DNA of 64,000 nt, from positions 7,988,722 through 8,052,721 of the forward strand of contig OZ037766.1 of the NCBI GenBank assembly GCA_964035545.1, written 5' to 3'. Origin of the DNA: Bugula neritina. Lineage: Eukaryota; Animalia; Bryozoa. The translations under genes were made by a program, and so were the position numbers. The notes under the pieces were generated by a model. The model was not told where the DNA came from and did no database searches. It worked only from the letters and a program-made list of their open reading frames with translations. Shown one piece after another: positions 14,204 to 27,300 of this stretch (its first letter is position 1; the number at the start of each line of letters is the position of its first letter).

Positions 14204-17200
14204 ATGTCAGCTACAGATCTTCTGGACGTTTCATGGTTTGCATTTAATGTTCAAGAGCATGGTGCTTCGTGCTGCAAAAGAGCTCATGATGGGACATCGG
14301 TGCAAGTTTCATTTGGAAGTAAGATTTGGTACAACTAGCTAATGTTAATATCTATGATTTTTTTCACCTATTTTATAAAGAAATTCTAATAGACTTGCTT
14401 TGCTGAAAATAATTGAGATTTTATAATGTTTTAATCTCCAATATTCTGTTATACTGAGCATCTTTGTGTAAAACAAATTGTAGTGTTACTATTATTGTAA
14501 TAAGAGTATTTGTATTTAGGCTGGGATTCACCCAATGAAATATATAGTCCACAGTCTACAGTGACACAGAAAATACCAGTTCGCCAAAAAAATATATTGC
14601 CTAGCAACAATCATCAACCAATGAATTATAATGGTGCCACTGACTACACATTTAAGCACTATGAAGACATAAGTCAGTACATGAGAGACTATAGATGTTA
14701 CCACACGTGTAAGCAGACAGGTTATGTGAGCTCTTTATGCCATGCAGGAAGAGTTCTTCCTGCATCTATAGCATCAGGTAAGCATTTCTTATACGTATAA
14801 TTTTGAATTTTTATAACAATTTCCAAAATTTATTCTAAATTGATCTCATAGAAAATTTATAATAGGCAGCAGTAATGAAAATTTCAATTTTTCTAGCCAC
14901 TGATTTTCTACCTTTAGCTGTTGCTTAGCCCAAGCTGGACTTTATAAAAGTTTTTAATGTGGGTAAAGCTGCCTTAATTGCTTATTTAGAATCTAGCTTG
15001 TAGTATAATTCAAATTATATAATGCTATGTAGATAACAAGTGTTTGTGTTAATTATCTTATTTTCACAAATATATATATTTCTATAAAAAATAGCGTAAG
15101 CTAATAACTGGCTAGTACCTGCATATATTATCTCCTATTAATATTTGATGTAGAAATATCTGTGATTAGTGCTACTGTCTAATCAATACATTATTAAGTG
15201 TGACATTCACTTTGCATGAGCATCCTGATTCTTTTGTTTGAAAGATATTAGAGATGATCATCAATAGTTGACTGTATTGATAATCACACTGAAGTGAGTT
15301 CATGTCATTATGTAAAGCTTGTGACATGTTTATCATAGCACTATACTTTGTGTAGTATATGCAGCTATTGATCTTGAGTGAAACAGTTATACTGTCTGAG
15401 CTCTTAGACACACTTTGCCGTATCGTATGCTGTAGCAGCAAATGTCAGCCATTTTTGTTAACATCCGGGCTGAATTGTACCTTGGTATACATTGGGGGGG
15501 GGGTGATCAAATACTGCTTGTTAAAAAAAATCGAGCAGGGCGCCTATTGGGCAGAGTTGATATAGTATTAAAATTTAAAGAATTTTTTCTGCTGGTTTAT
15601 TTTAACCGTTTATTGTTCATTTAATTTACTCAATTCCATAGCTTCAAAAGGTTAAAAAAATCTTTATCCGGCTTGTTGAAATTAAGCCTAGCCTAAAAAT
15701 CTAGCTTTCACTAATTACAAAAACTGCAAGCCATAAACCTAAAATTTAATTAGATGGCTTAAATATTTATTATTCAAATTAGTTTGCACAATTATTTTAT
15801 GGCAAAACGTGTCTAGGTGGTGAGGGTTGAACTGCGTGGTATTCAAGTTGTGCTGTTGGCACCAAACTGTGAACAGTAATTTCACAGAGTTATGTTGAAT
15901 ATGTCAGTATAATGTTTATTTGTCAGTTGGGTAACGCAATAAGCTAAGCAATTGCTTTCACAATGGGTATTACCTTTGCTTCATTTATTTGCTCAAATTT
16001 AATAAACAAACCAAACAATTTCATGTATTGGCATTTTACTAGTTGATATTGTAGGTCCAGTTACTGTATGGACCTTACGTGGTTTTCAACAATGGAACCG
16101 GTTTTCTTCGATTACCAAAATCTAATATCTTATTCTTTACTGTTTACTGTAGCTAGTTTTTATTTGCTTAACAAGGCGTATTGTTTGCAAATTGAATATT
16201 TTTGGATTACAGCCAATTTTTATGTTTTTCCTTTGTTCATTGCTGCATGTTACTTTACAACAAAGAGGTCATCTTTAGGCCAAGGTCAAATAAGGAAATT
16301 GAGTAGGTATCAAAACATAGTCCAAGTGATAACTATGACCAGAAAGATTTGTTTTAGGTGGCTTAATGAAATTTTTCACAGTTAACTGTGTAAGCCAAAA
16401 GTTAAAATGACAAATTAATGTTATGGTTTATCAATTTTAAAACCATTTGAAATGCAGTTGATATTATGCTTGTCCGTGCAATACTACCACTAGTACAACT
16501 GTGTTTCTCTGTATGCATTTAATTACCTTTAGTTGTCCTTAATGTCCTTTAATTTTAGTAGGTGAAGGGACTGTTAATGATCCGCAAGATAGTTCGGTCA
16601 GACTACCCAGTAGTACTGACTATGTGATAGAGTCAGATACAGTTGGCAGCATTGGCAGCGGTGGTGATAAATCTATAAAACATTCAGAGTTACTTCACAT
16701 GCTTAGACACAGGTAGGGAATATCATTGCCCAAATATGCTAAAAGTGTCTGATTTAAATTTACTACAATATTGTTTTCAATATATTTAAAAAAAGATTCA
16801 GCTTTCCACAGTAAAATGAAAAGACCATTGTCAGAGTAGAATCAGGCCAGTTTTATCAGATTGTACCCTGGCAATGGTTATTTTATATATATGGCCATCA
16901 CTGGGAGTCAAATTGGTTTTTTGACAAATTTGTATACATCTAATTTAGTATGCAATGACTCGGCTCTGAAAATTTGTTGTAAGATAAAAGAAATGCATGG
17001 GTTTGTGGGCCTTAGGCAATTACCTGACAAATAACTTCATGTATTTCAGTCAGTCAAAGAAATTGAGAGAAGGCTGCTATAAAACTGTGTCAACTACTCT
17101 GAAGCCTCAATGTTATAAAATGGACATGCCATTCAATGAAAAAGAAGAAAACTCTCAAAGTGTTCCTACGGATTATTCCCATTCCACCAATAAGCTTCTT

Positions 17201-20200
17201 CCTAACAGACCTTCTAGTTCAGAAAGCGTCCGAAGTTTAAAAGTATGTGATGTTAACAATGTGCCAGCTAATGACTTTAACAACAATAACACACACATAT
17301 ATTGTATATATAATCTTCAATTTTATCCAGTCTTCCAGAACAAAGCCAACATCTGCAGCTATCAAATCATTATCGGCTGGCTTGGAACGCCCTAGCAGGA
17401 GCAGCACGTTCAGGGAAGAATACAGTCTACAACCTAGAAAGTCAGCGGGTCAAACTGTTAGTCAGCAACTTCTCTCTAGTAAGTGAAGCAGCTCTGCCAG
17501 CAGTAAATTATATACACTTAGAATTAAAAATATAAATTATGTCTTTTTTAATCACCTGTACTTCTGCAGCTGTTTCTAACTGTATCAACTCAGAGTAAAT
17601 TGTCGATTTTTTGAAAGTAATTTATTGTTTTGTTAAATCCCACCTTTCAAATTTATATTTATACGTCTATTCTATTAATATTAAAATATGTATTTATTTT
17701 AAGTTTGCATTAGCTAGCCTGTATTAATGTAGTTAAACATAAAATGCTGTGGTGAGACATAAAATATGTAATTTTATAATAGTGTAATATATAATTGGGG
17801 TATCAAAATGAAACCTTGTGTGGTTTGCAAGTTCTCTAATAGCTACATGCTACAGTCTAGTTACATTCTATAAAATGATAATGATGATCTGTTTATATAA
17901 TGTTGATAGTAGTTCTGTGCGTTGCCAACTTAATAATGATCAAATAGTTTTCCCGTAAACTGTTTATTGCAATTTCATGAATACAAATTAAAATAATATT
18001 TTTTATTGCATATTATGTAAACAAAAATTCATGCTATGTTTGCACAAAGTGATAAATAGTAAAAGACAATATTCAATGTCCATTTATCTAATTGATATTT
18101 TATATATCAATCATTATAGATTAAGATTAAGCCAACATTGGGTTATTTCATCAAACTGAGAGTTGATAAAAATTAAACAAAAATCATTTTTAATTTTTCT
18201 GCTCGGCCCAAAATGTAGTGTAACACAATGAAAATAATTAGTTTTAATTTTATGAAATGATCTGAAACCCTAATTGCAAAAAGAATTGTTCTGCAATGTT
18301 GCTGCATTAGGGATTTCTGTTTTACATTTTTTGAAAAAATACTTAGTGGAAAAAAGCAGAAATAGATGTGGCAAACAGTTTAATGCAAACTTTCAAATTT
18401 TGGTGTAAGAATCTTTCTCATTTGACACGAATTTTCAGTTTAAGTTTGGCTTTGTTGATAGATCTGCTCTAATTTTTAAGTGAACAGCTTTTCATTTAAA
18501 ATTATTTTAGCCAAGTATTGTTATGTAACTCAGGCTTTGCTTAAAATAGCTTATCACCCCTAATCTATTGCATTTATTTACAATTTTGGCCTATACTTTA
18601 TTAGCCATCAGTTTGCACAATATATTATTGTGTTATTTCTTATTGAGTTTATCAAAAGGATTGTTAGAGTTATCTATCCTTTTTTGCTAGTGTAAATCGG
18701 TACCTAAATATTTTGTCTCTAATATCAAAATTTTTCTACTGCTTTTTCCATAACTTATAATAGAGATTTATCATTCTATTTATTATTATCATTTGTATTT
18801 GTGAGGAGGCTAAACGAGTACTGTGTATTTAATAATGCCTTAAAAATTACCAAATACTTATAATACAAGATACTACACTTGAGAAGCTTTTCGAAAACAT
18901 AAGATAAAATTTACTTTAGATTGATATTTATTTGAGATTTTTGCTATTTAAAATTTGCTAGCCTGATTGTGATACTGTGATGAGTATATTTGCATGGCAG
19001 TTCAATACCTTAATCATCAATTTTGTTTGTGTAAGTCTAATTAAATTAAAAATTATTAATTTTAGTCACATCCAATCATATTTAAAAAAACAAGTTTTAT
19101 CATGTTCATTATTTAAATTTTTCAAAAATCAATTCAGGTTGAACAAGATTATTTTGATTAGATGAAAAATTCATGACTAACATTTAGCAAAATAGTTGCA
19201 AGCCTCACCAGTACTACTTGAATAATTCTCCACATTCTCCACTAGATACAAGCAACATGGCTGTATTCTGTAGGTCATCGGCACCATGTCTCATCTTTAT
19301 ATCAACCAATCCCAGGGTCTAAAGTTTTTATTGGCTCAACAATGAGACGAACTCCACAGAATGGCCTTTCATCTGCTTCAACCCAGAGGTAAAAGACAAG
19401 ATATAAATGATAGTGCATTTTATATATGTGTTTGTGCGTGTTCGCATGCCTGCCGACTTTCTTTTGCTTTACAATATAAGATTATTGGCTAAAAGCACAG
19501 CTTAACATGTTTTTGAATGATATTGATTTGGTTCTCATCTAGTTCAGTGGACTTCATTTGAAAGGTTTGTCATATTTTCTTCTCTCTAAGTGCTACATGA
19601 GCATAGCTGTTGGTAATGTGCTGTAATATCAGGTAAGTGATGCTTAACCTTTGGTCCTTACCCTAAATTGATTTTGAAGGTTTTTATAAGGTTAACAGGT
19701 AGAAAAATCCATTCAGTTTGTATAATGGTGACAAGTTTACTCTGCAAGGTTTGGTAAAGAAATTGTAAGTTGATTTTTTTAGTGAGAACAACAAAATTAG
19801 AGTCAAGGTTTAAATGGTAAAAACACAGTTATTATTAAATTTGGTTTATCAAAACTGAATATAGTGTTTAATGATTTACTAAATAGGAATAATATTGGAT
19901 GTAGCTACAAATATTCATATGTTTAACTTGATGTTGTGCATAATTTATAGCACAGGCAGTTTGCATTGTGCTACATCCAAAACTATAAACTGTTTTTAAT
20001 GCTTCCTTTTAACACAAAATTATGCAACTTTTTTGGATCTGTATACCTGAATGCTTTTGAAAGTTTTTATATAATTGTGATTTTTTTTAAAATTTGCACA
20101 AAAAAATAACACTGATTTATTGTAATTCTGCCCTTTTAATTTCAATCTTTTCTTAGAAATTATTTACACGAAAGTTGTTTACAATTGCTATGCCCTGTTC

Positions 20201-20343
20201 CATGTTGTCCCTGTCATTATCAGCTGGCTTTTCTTTCTTGTAGGGGAGCCAACTCCTTATTAAATCAGCTCAGACCAGTTCAAAAGAGCCTTCATGCATC
20301 TACACATTCTACAATTGCATCTCTTAAACACCAGGTGATTTAG
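14204..20343 (+). CDS. Uncharacterised Ser-rich multi-exon protein (about 357+ aa), possibly ciliary/microtubule-associated
   Basis: Seven exons joined by six phase-consistent GT-AG junctions: 14204-14318, 14520-14777, 16562(or 16559)-16712, 17050-17242, 17331-17478, 19274-19388, 20244-20334. The frame then either ends at TAG 20341-20343 or splices on to 21276 and the 21.5-22.2 kb ORF. The protein begins MSATDLLDVSWFAFNVQEHGASCCKRAHDGTSVQVSFGSWDSPNEIYSPQ. Confidence 0.7.
15100..15450 (-). mobile_element. Degenerate non-LTR (CR1/L2-like) reverse transcriptase fragment in an intron
   Basis: Translation ...SCIYY...QALHNDMNSLQ...LLMIISN..QTK...VNVTLNNVLI then ..HRYFYI.. follows the LINE RT order ADD-x-IY...LQxDLNxL..W...LxLNxxKTK...IxLNNxxI...KYLG. 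Heavily decayed. Confidence 0.4.
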
Positions 20344-21547
20344 CACATACTCATTCTATGATAAACCTGAAAAGCAGACACAGGTTTATAGATAGAAAAA
20401 TTAATTTCTAAGAAGAGAGCAGTTTGACAGCATGCTTTTTATATTGCTTGCTATATACTGCTTGCTTGATGCGTGATATTTTTTATTATTTTTAAGTCAC
20501 CAACTTAAACAGTTAAAGTTTAACAATTAGCAACTTTGCCACATTATTCAAGTGACAGTCTCAGTTCTTAATACATTATAAATTTTAGCTATTACACTAA
20601 ATTGATTTCTGTTTTTAGCCACGGTATTGATCCAAGGTTATTGGCCTGCTACTGTTTGCCTTTTGATTAGTTTTAACACTAACCGTGGCTGGGAGTTTTC
20701 ACTTTTTGCCAATAACTTATAATTGTATTATACATATTTTAATTTATTTTAGTACGTTTCTCAACTAACTAAGCATGGAGTGTTGGGGTAATACCATGAG
20801 CAGTGTTATCTAGCTAGAGCCTTGTTAGAGTGTGTATGTGTGTTTAGTCTAAACTCACATGTTTCTTAGGTGCATCCCGGGAATTGAGTATCATCGCATA
20901 CATTTTTCATATTTTACCTGTAAAGCCTTATAATATAATTCTGCTCTGTCATCGGTAACATATTCTTATATATTTTACCTTTTCCCAACAGATTTAGATG
21001 TAGATTTTGTGAACTAATCAAGTTGGCTAGTGGTTTGACCAGTTCATATTACTAGCTTCTTTCACTGTATATGTCAAATATAGGCAGTCAACACTATACT
21101 ACCAGTATGGGCTATATTAATATTTCAATCTAGTGCCAGTTTGGTAAACTCTGATTGGAGTAAAGTGTATATATATCTAAAGTAAAGTCATTGTTTTGCT
21201 TCCACACATATTACATGCATATGAAATGCATACACTGACTGGGTGTAATTTTAATATTTGGGTTTTTTATTGCAGGTTTGGTTTGACGAACAGGGCCGGG
21301 CATACGTAAGCCTTGCTACTCATCTCAACTCACTTTTTAACAGGTAATCAAAGTAACTATTTGTTTCAAGCCCATCAATTCGTTTTAACTACATATTGAC
21401 TATAGTTTAGAAACTTGGGATTTTACTTTTGCATAGGTATATGTAATAAACAGCTTACTCATGTGGTATATGCGTAATGATGTAACGTCGTCATGGCTTT
21501 ACCATTGAAAATTATTGCATTCATTTTAGCCAGTACATTCAAATGTC

Positions 21548-22249
21548 TTGTTTTTTCTAGTTGTTCTTGGTTTTATAGCTATAGACAACAAAGAATATAA
21601 CATGAATAAAGCTAATAAGAAAAAAAGTGAACCGTCCACTTTGCTGCCCGTTATTCAAGCCTTCCGTCAAGTATCTAGGTCAAGTCCAGCTGGAGATGGT
21701 CACTATTCTCAAACTCTGTTCACTCTGTCTCAGGGTAATAGCAGCACCGCTAAGTCTTTGAAAGATTCATGCTTGCACAAGATGCAGTTGACTCGTAGCC
21801 TAGTTGAACTCTCAAAGAGAAAGTGCCAGCTAGCTAAGGAGCACAGTCTTGTTCACAATCACCGGGCTGCTTCTGTTAAATTCCTGAACCCAAGGCTACT
21901 GTTGGGTTGTGTTTTACCAAAACTGAATCCAGCCATCGGCGTAAAAAGCGAAAGTTCATTTGCTGGAAATGATAAAATGAATAATTTTATGTTTGCTTCT
22001 AACTGTGAGCAAAAGTTGTCTGCCCCTTCACGTGACTCGACCAAAGAAATCAGTAGGATTTTGTTGAATAGTTCTTTACCAGCTGAAGACAGGTACCAGA
22101 GATACATGCTTGGACTTGGTGCTTTTAAATCTGCTCAAGATTTTAGTAGAATAAATTCTGAAATCGTACAAATTGGTGGTTTTAGACTTGTTGTTGGCCA
22201 TTCTGCCCCACTGATGAGTGCTTCTAATTTAACTATAAAGAAGCTTTAG
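21548..22249 (+). CDS. Large coding exon/ORF (233 codons; first ATG 21602) of unknown product; either the last exon of the 14204 gene or a separate gene
   Basis: A 702-nt stop-free frame in AT-rich DNA with coding-like composition. Several acceptor-like AGs lie at 21529-21584, and AATAAA at about 22294 follows the stop. Confidence 0.6.
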   Translation: MFFLVVLGFIAIDNKEYNMNKANKKKSEPSTLLPVIQAFRQVSRSSPAGDGHYSQTLFTLSQGNSSTAKSLKDSCLHKMQLTRSLVELSKRKCQLAKEHSLVHNHRAASVKFLNPRLLLGCVLPKLNPAIGVKSESSFAGNDKMNNFMFASNCEQKLSAPSRDSTKEISRILLNSSLPAEDRYQRYMLGLGAFKSAQDFSRINSEIVQIGGFRLVVGHSAPLMSASNLTIKKL

Positions 22250-23879
22250 CATTTGCTCATTATATTTTTGCCTTTAGTCAAGTTTTGATAAGAAATAAAG
22301 AAATTTTTAAAAACTAACGTAGCAATGCTCATGCGATTGTTATTCTTGTTTCACTTATTGGATTCGTTGTTAATATATTATATTATAGTGCTTCAGATAT
22401 TTGAAAGATTTTACCTGTCCAGTCTTTATAACACCCCTGAAATCCAACTCTGTTCAAGGTACTGTACTTGTATCATTAAGATTACCTCATTTAAAGCACT
22501 TGTACTAAAACGGGCTGGTGCTAGTAATACCCAATTAGCTTGAAAAACCGTGAACTTTGCTAAAGAAAACAAAATTTAAATAGCCATTAAAGCAACTTTT
22601 ATTACTGGTACTAACTTTTGTTTTTGTAGATTTGTTCTACATTGTCTAGTTACCAGAAGCTTGGTGTTTGTGCGAACCAGAGAATGAGAATTAGTATATG
22701 TGTGACAGAATGGAACAGCTACAGGTACATATTGAACTGCACCAACAATGCATCGTATTAAACAGACTGTCAGTTAATGTGCATGATGAAAAGAAAACAC
22801 AACTCCTATAGCTACTTTGTGTATCTTGTTTAGGTATGCGTGGATCACATTTCTAATATTAAATTGAAAGATTAAATTTTTTAAGCAGCAGCATCAAGTT
22901 TTATCGTATATAATTCGAAGCAATTCTTAGTGGTTTGCACTTTTAAATAATACCGATCTGTTGCAACACATACTCGCGAGGTTTTAATGGCAATAATAAC
23001 ATTAGCCTGTGAGTTAACTTGTTAATACTTTGTGGGTGGTCTATTTCCCCATCATTTGTATTCGGTGGTTAAACTTTGGCTTTGTACTTTGCTTAAAAGT
23101 AGCAATGTACTTTGTATCCGGTGCATTCAATAGCAACTGCGATCCTATTTTTATTGGCGGAATATTTCTGAAATTTGATTGGCTATGCTCGATAGAAAAT
23201 TGTACTTATCTGTGTTTTTAATTTTGCTTGGATTTTCCCAAATCACTTCGCATACAACTAGCTGCGTGGCATGTCATTATAGCGCAATTTTGCTTTTCAA
23301 CCTTGCTTAGGGTTGAATAGTTGTGGCGCACTTTGCCAGTTATAAATAATGGAAAACCACTTTACTTATTATGCTTAATGGCTGATAAATAGGGAAAAAA
23401 TCTCCCCCTGCATGCTTTATATTCATGCATTTTTTTTCACATTTAGCTAGTACAAGTTCAAGAGCGGTAACTTAAAAATGTGAAAAAACCTTGCATTTAA
23501 GGTCACCCAAGAAAGGAATAAACAGGGTTAAGATTTAATCAGTTTGTTGACAATATGGAATCTTTTTAAGCAATTACAAAACAGTATACCCAGTTAAGTA
23601 CATTACGTAATGTTATTTTACAAAGACAGCAGCAGGCCTTTTTAGGCAGCTATTAGCGTAATTTATTGCAAACATTCAAACTAGCTTGATAATATTTCAA
23701 AGGAAATGAATTGGTTTTAGTCTGAATCTTACAGAAAACTACTCTTTTTAATTAATCTATGCAAACGTCACTTGAAGTTGATATATAGTAAAACTTCCAC
23801 CATTGCCAAATATTTACAATTGTCTATGTACGAGAAATAAAAAAAGTCATTGTTCTAACTATCGGTTCAGCTCCTCTGT

Positions 23880-24370
23880 ACTTTTAAATGCTTGATTATA
23901 TTTCAAAGCACGCAACGAGAAGATCGAAACATTTGAACAATTCATTCTATTTCAGTTAATAGTTTTAGAACAGTCCGCATTAAACTAATTGAGTAATTTA
24001 CGTCAGTCTGGTTTTGCGTCTCTCCTAGAGTATGGGTTTATTAGGACGTCTTTTGGTTAATAAGCGCCGCCATTCTACATGCACATCACATGTTTCTATC
24101 ATCTCAACTGAAAAGATTTTCTACTGTCAGTGTATTCAGTGTATGTGATTGAGTATGAAGGTAAAATTATGACTGTTTAACCACAAGCATAGGCAAGGTC
24201 GTTCAAGGCCTCACTTTTAGCATATCTGTCTATGGCTTCAATACACTAGGACGCTACGTATAGTTTCGCATTATATAACCAGTTTAAATCATGCTCAATG
24301 TGCGCATCCGCTATCAAATCAAAGGCTCTAGCGTCAACTTTACCAGGAGTTCTAGCGCTCGCCAGAAGTA
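23880..24370 (+). promoter_or_regulatory. CpG-rich promoter-like patch
   Basis: CRE-like TTACGTCA at 23998, YY1-type GCCGCCATT at 24066, donor-like AG|GTAAAA at 24161. Confidence 0.4.
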
Positions 24371-27300
24371 TTGAACTTCTCTGAACTACATATCTCTGAA
24401 GTTTGCTTTGTTTCTAGTTGAATTATGAACCTACTTCTAAATAGTTGGCAGCTTCTATTACACTGAAGTCAACATATTGAACATCAATTTTGACATTGTG
24501 ATTATGGAGTAACTGCACAACTATATTAATTCAGGAAATGGATGATCGGTACATACTTGATGGGTACCTAGTACCAGATGTTTGGAATGACAATATGTAA
24601 GTTGACATTTTAATCCAATGTCACTGTCAGTGAAAGCATCGAGTTGTGCAATCACGTGAAATTTAGAAACTACATGTTGCAATATTACCATTATTGTTGC
24701 AACATGTTTCTGCTGCAGCATTTTGTTGTTATATAGCAGCATTGAGTGCAGACTGTGTCTATTATAACATAATTTTGGATGTTGTGTTGATATTTTAGTT
24801 AGCAGTTGGTTTTTCTAATATTTATAAATATGAGCTCCAACTGAATAGGTTATTCAGTTCAGTATTTGTAACTCCATATTCTACAACTCATTTTCTTGGA
24901 TCTGATTGGATGACTAGAGTGAGTCAGAGTAACAGTGCTTGTTGGTAAAAAAGTTATATACATTGGCGTATGCAGTCATTTTAAATGAAAACCAAAACAG
25001 AAAATAGTACTTGGTATTCATAAGTTGATATAATTACATACATCATGATGACATAAATAGAATGTAAACTGCTGGCACATAGTACGATAATAAAATTACA
25101 TAACACATATTTTGCAAGTAAAAATAACTGGTCTTTTACACAGTACATGTAAGATACTTTATACTTAACTTCTGTAGACAAGAATGTGTTTGTCAATTAT
25201 AAATAATCAAGAATTAGCTTATAACAAAGAAAGAAGTAGTCCATGGAAGTAATTCTAGTTGGTGCTTAACAACTTCGTTACAAGAGATTCACCAGTCTAT
25301 CTGCAAGTATAAAAGTTAAACTAAGCTGATTTATCTCAACTTATATCGTATGATATAAATATGCAATTTAAAAACTGCGATATCTATATACGCTACTAAA
25401 CTAGTAACAACTGCCGCTACTTTTATGCAATGGTATGACTACTGATCCTTGTCTTCAATAGAGCCTACTAATGGGTTGCCAACCAATGAAATGTTTGCAG
25501 GAATCTTCCCAATGGCAAGTTTTTGTAATTATGGAATTTTTCCCAAGAAAGTGTTAGTATTTTTGTCAACTAGCCATTTTCAGTTTGCAGTAAAGTATAC
25601 ACAAAGCTTGAGATATACTGCAGATCTGCTTTCTTGGATTAGTCATTAGAGTTTAGAGTCTAGACCTTTTCAAACAACTATGTAAAACCAATAATGAACA
25701 TATATGCAATCAGATTTCATATATATCGACCAATGGCTGCATCTGCTTTAGCCATACTTGCATAAAAAATCACTTTTAAGTCCTTGATGGTAAAAACCCC
25801 TATTTTACAGGAGGGGTATACTAGTAGTCTATGTGAAGTTTTGATACATTTGGCTAAAGCACCAAGTCTAAAACTGTACCCACCATATATTTTGGGGTAG
25901 TTTCTGTGTTTTGGTGGTTATACATTAGTCTCTAGACAGTAGCATTGCTTAACTACATAATTTTAGAAACAAACAAATCAAAACTCTAAATTATGTTATA
26001 TATACTTTATGTAGGCGATAACAATTGTGTGTCTAAATTCAAGAAAACATTTGCTAGCTTTTATGTACCACTACTCTTTTAGGTTCAGATACTATTGTGT
26101 TGATTTGCTGGCAGATAACTTCATGGCCCATGCTTTTTTCTCACCACTATTACAAATATTTTAAATAGCCTGAGTTTATTACAAGAATGTAATTTAAACC
26201 GAACCTTTTTAGCTATTTCTCTTTGAAACTTTCCACATTTAAAATTAGACCAAGTTCTCACCACATTACTTCAGACTGATGATCACCCATAAATGTAAAT
26301 CTTAATCATTATACTGTCAAGAAACAAACATGTTTATTATATTTAGTAATTTCTATAGTTTTTTTTACTGGATTTATAGAATAAATGAAATGATCACAAT
26401 TGCAGTATAGCTACCTTGTCAGTTAAACTCACTAATAATGTCACTGAAGCAACTATAAAACAAGACTAACCACAATTTACTGTCAAAGTAATGCTCAAAA
26501 ATTCAACTTCCTGTTGAAGCTCAGATACAGTTAGGATTATAAAATATTTCAATGGTGTAAATTACTTGGGCTGCATTGAAAATGATAATGCAAAAGATCT
26601 ATGCATTTACTTATTTAAAAAATGCTTTGTGTGCAGTCAAAGGCTATTAAAACATTCATCCCACGAGACAGCAATTATGGTTTGTAGCTGGGCTTGTAAT
26701 AGTTCGGTCTTTATATTGATAAGTAATGTGTCAGTAGTTATAACTACTCAATTTTAATATCTCTAATTTTGTCTCCTTACATGCTACTTTCCGATCTTGT
26801 ATCAAAGAAGCTGGTACATATTCCCTTTACTTTTTATAATATTGATTTTTTGTAGCTGCAGTGATCTTATGCACATAGTGAATACGTCCTTACCAGCAAC
26901 TTATTAGTATGAATAGCATGCAGGTCAGCTATCAGTGGTGTAGCCTTCGCTAAATATGATTCAGCTATAGTCACCCACACTTGACTGCAGGATGAGTAGC
27001 ATCCATGCCTAGATATAAACTATGTGGTTTTAAAAGGGGACCGTTTTAAAACTGTGCATTTTGTTGCTAATAAGCCTGAGATTGTCGCAACAATAATATT
27101 TGTGTTAAAAGTCAAGCTTGCGCTGTCATAATACTCTATACGTACTCTATGAGAGCAACTATGATCTGGTGAACTACATCCATGGGTCTAATGGGAAACT
27201 CTAAACATCCTTCAAACTTCAGTTTTATATCAGCTATTATCTTAGAATTTAGATGACTGTAGCATGTGAAGTTGTCTTGTCTTTAAAATAAAAAAACTAT

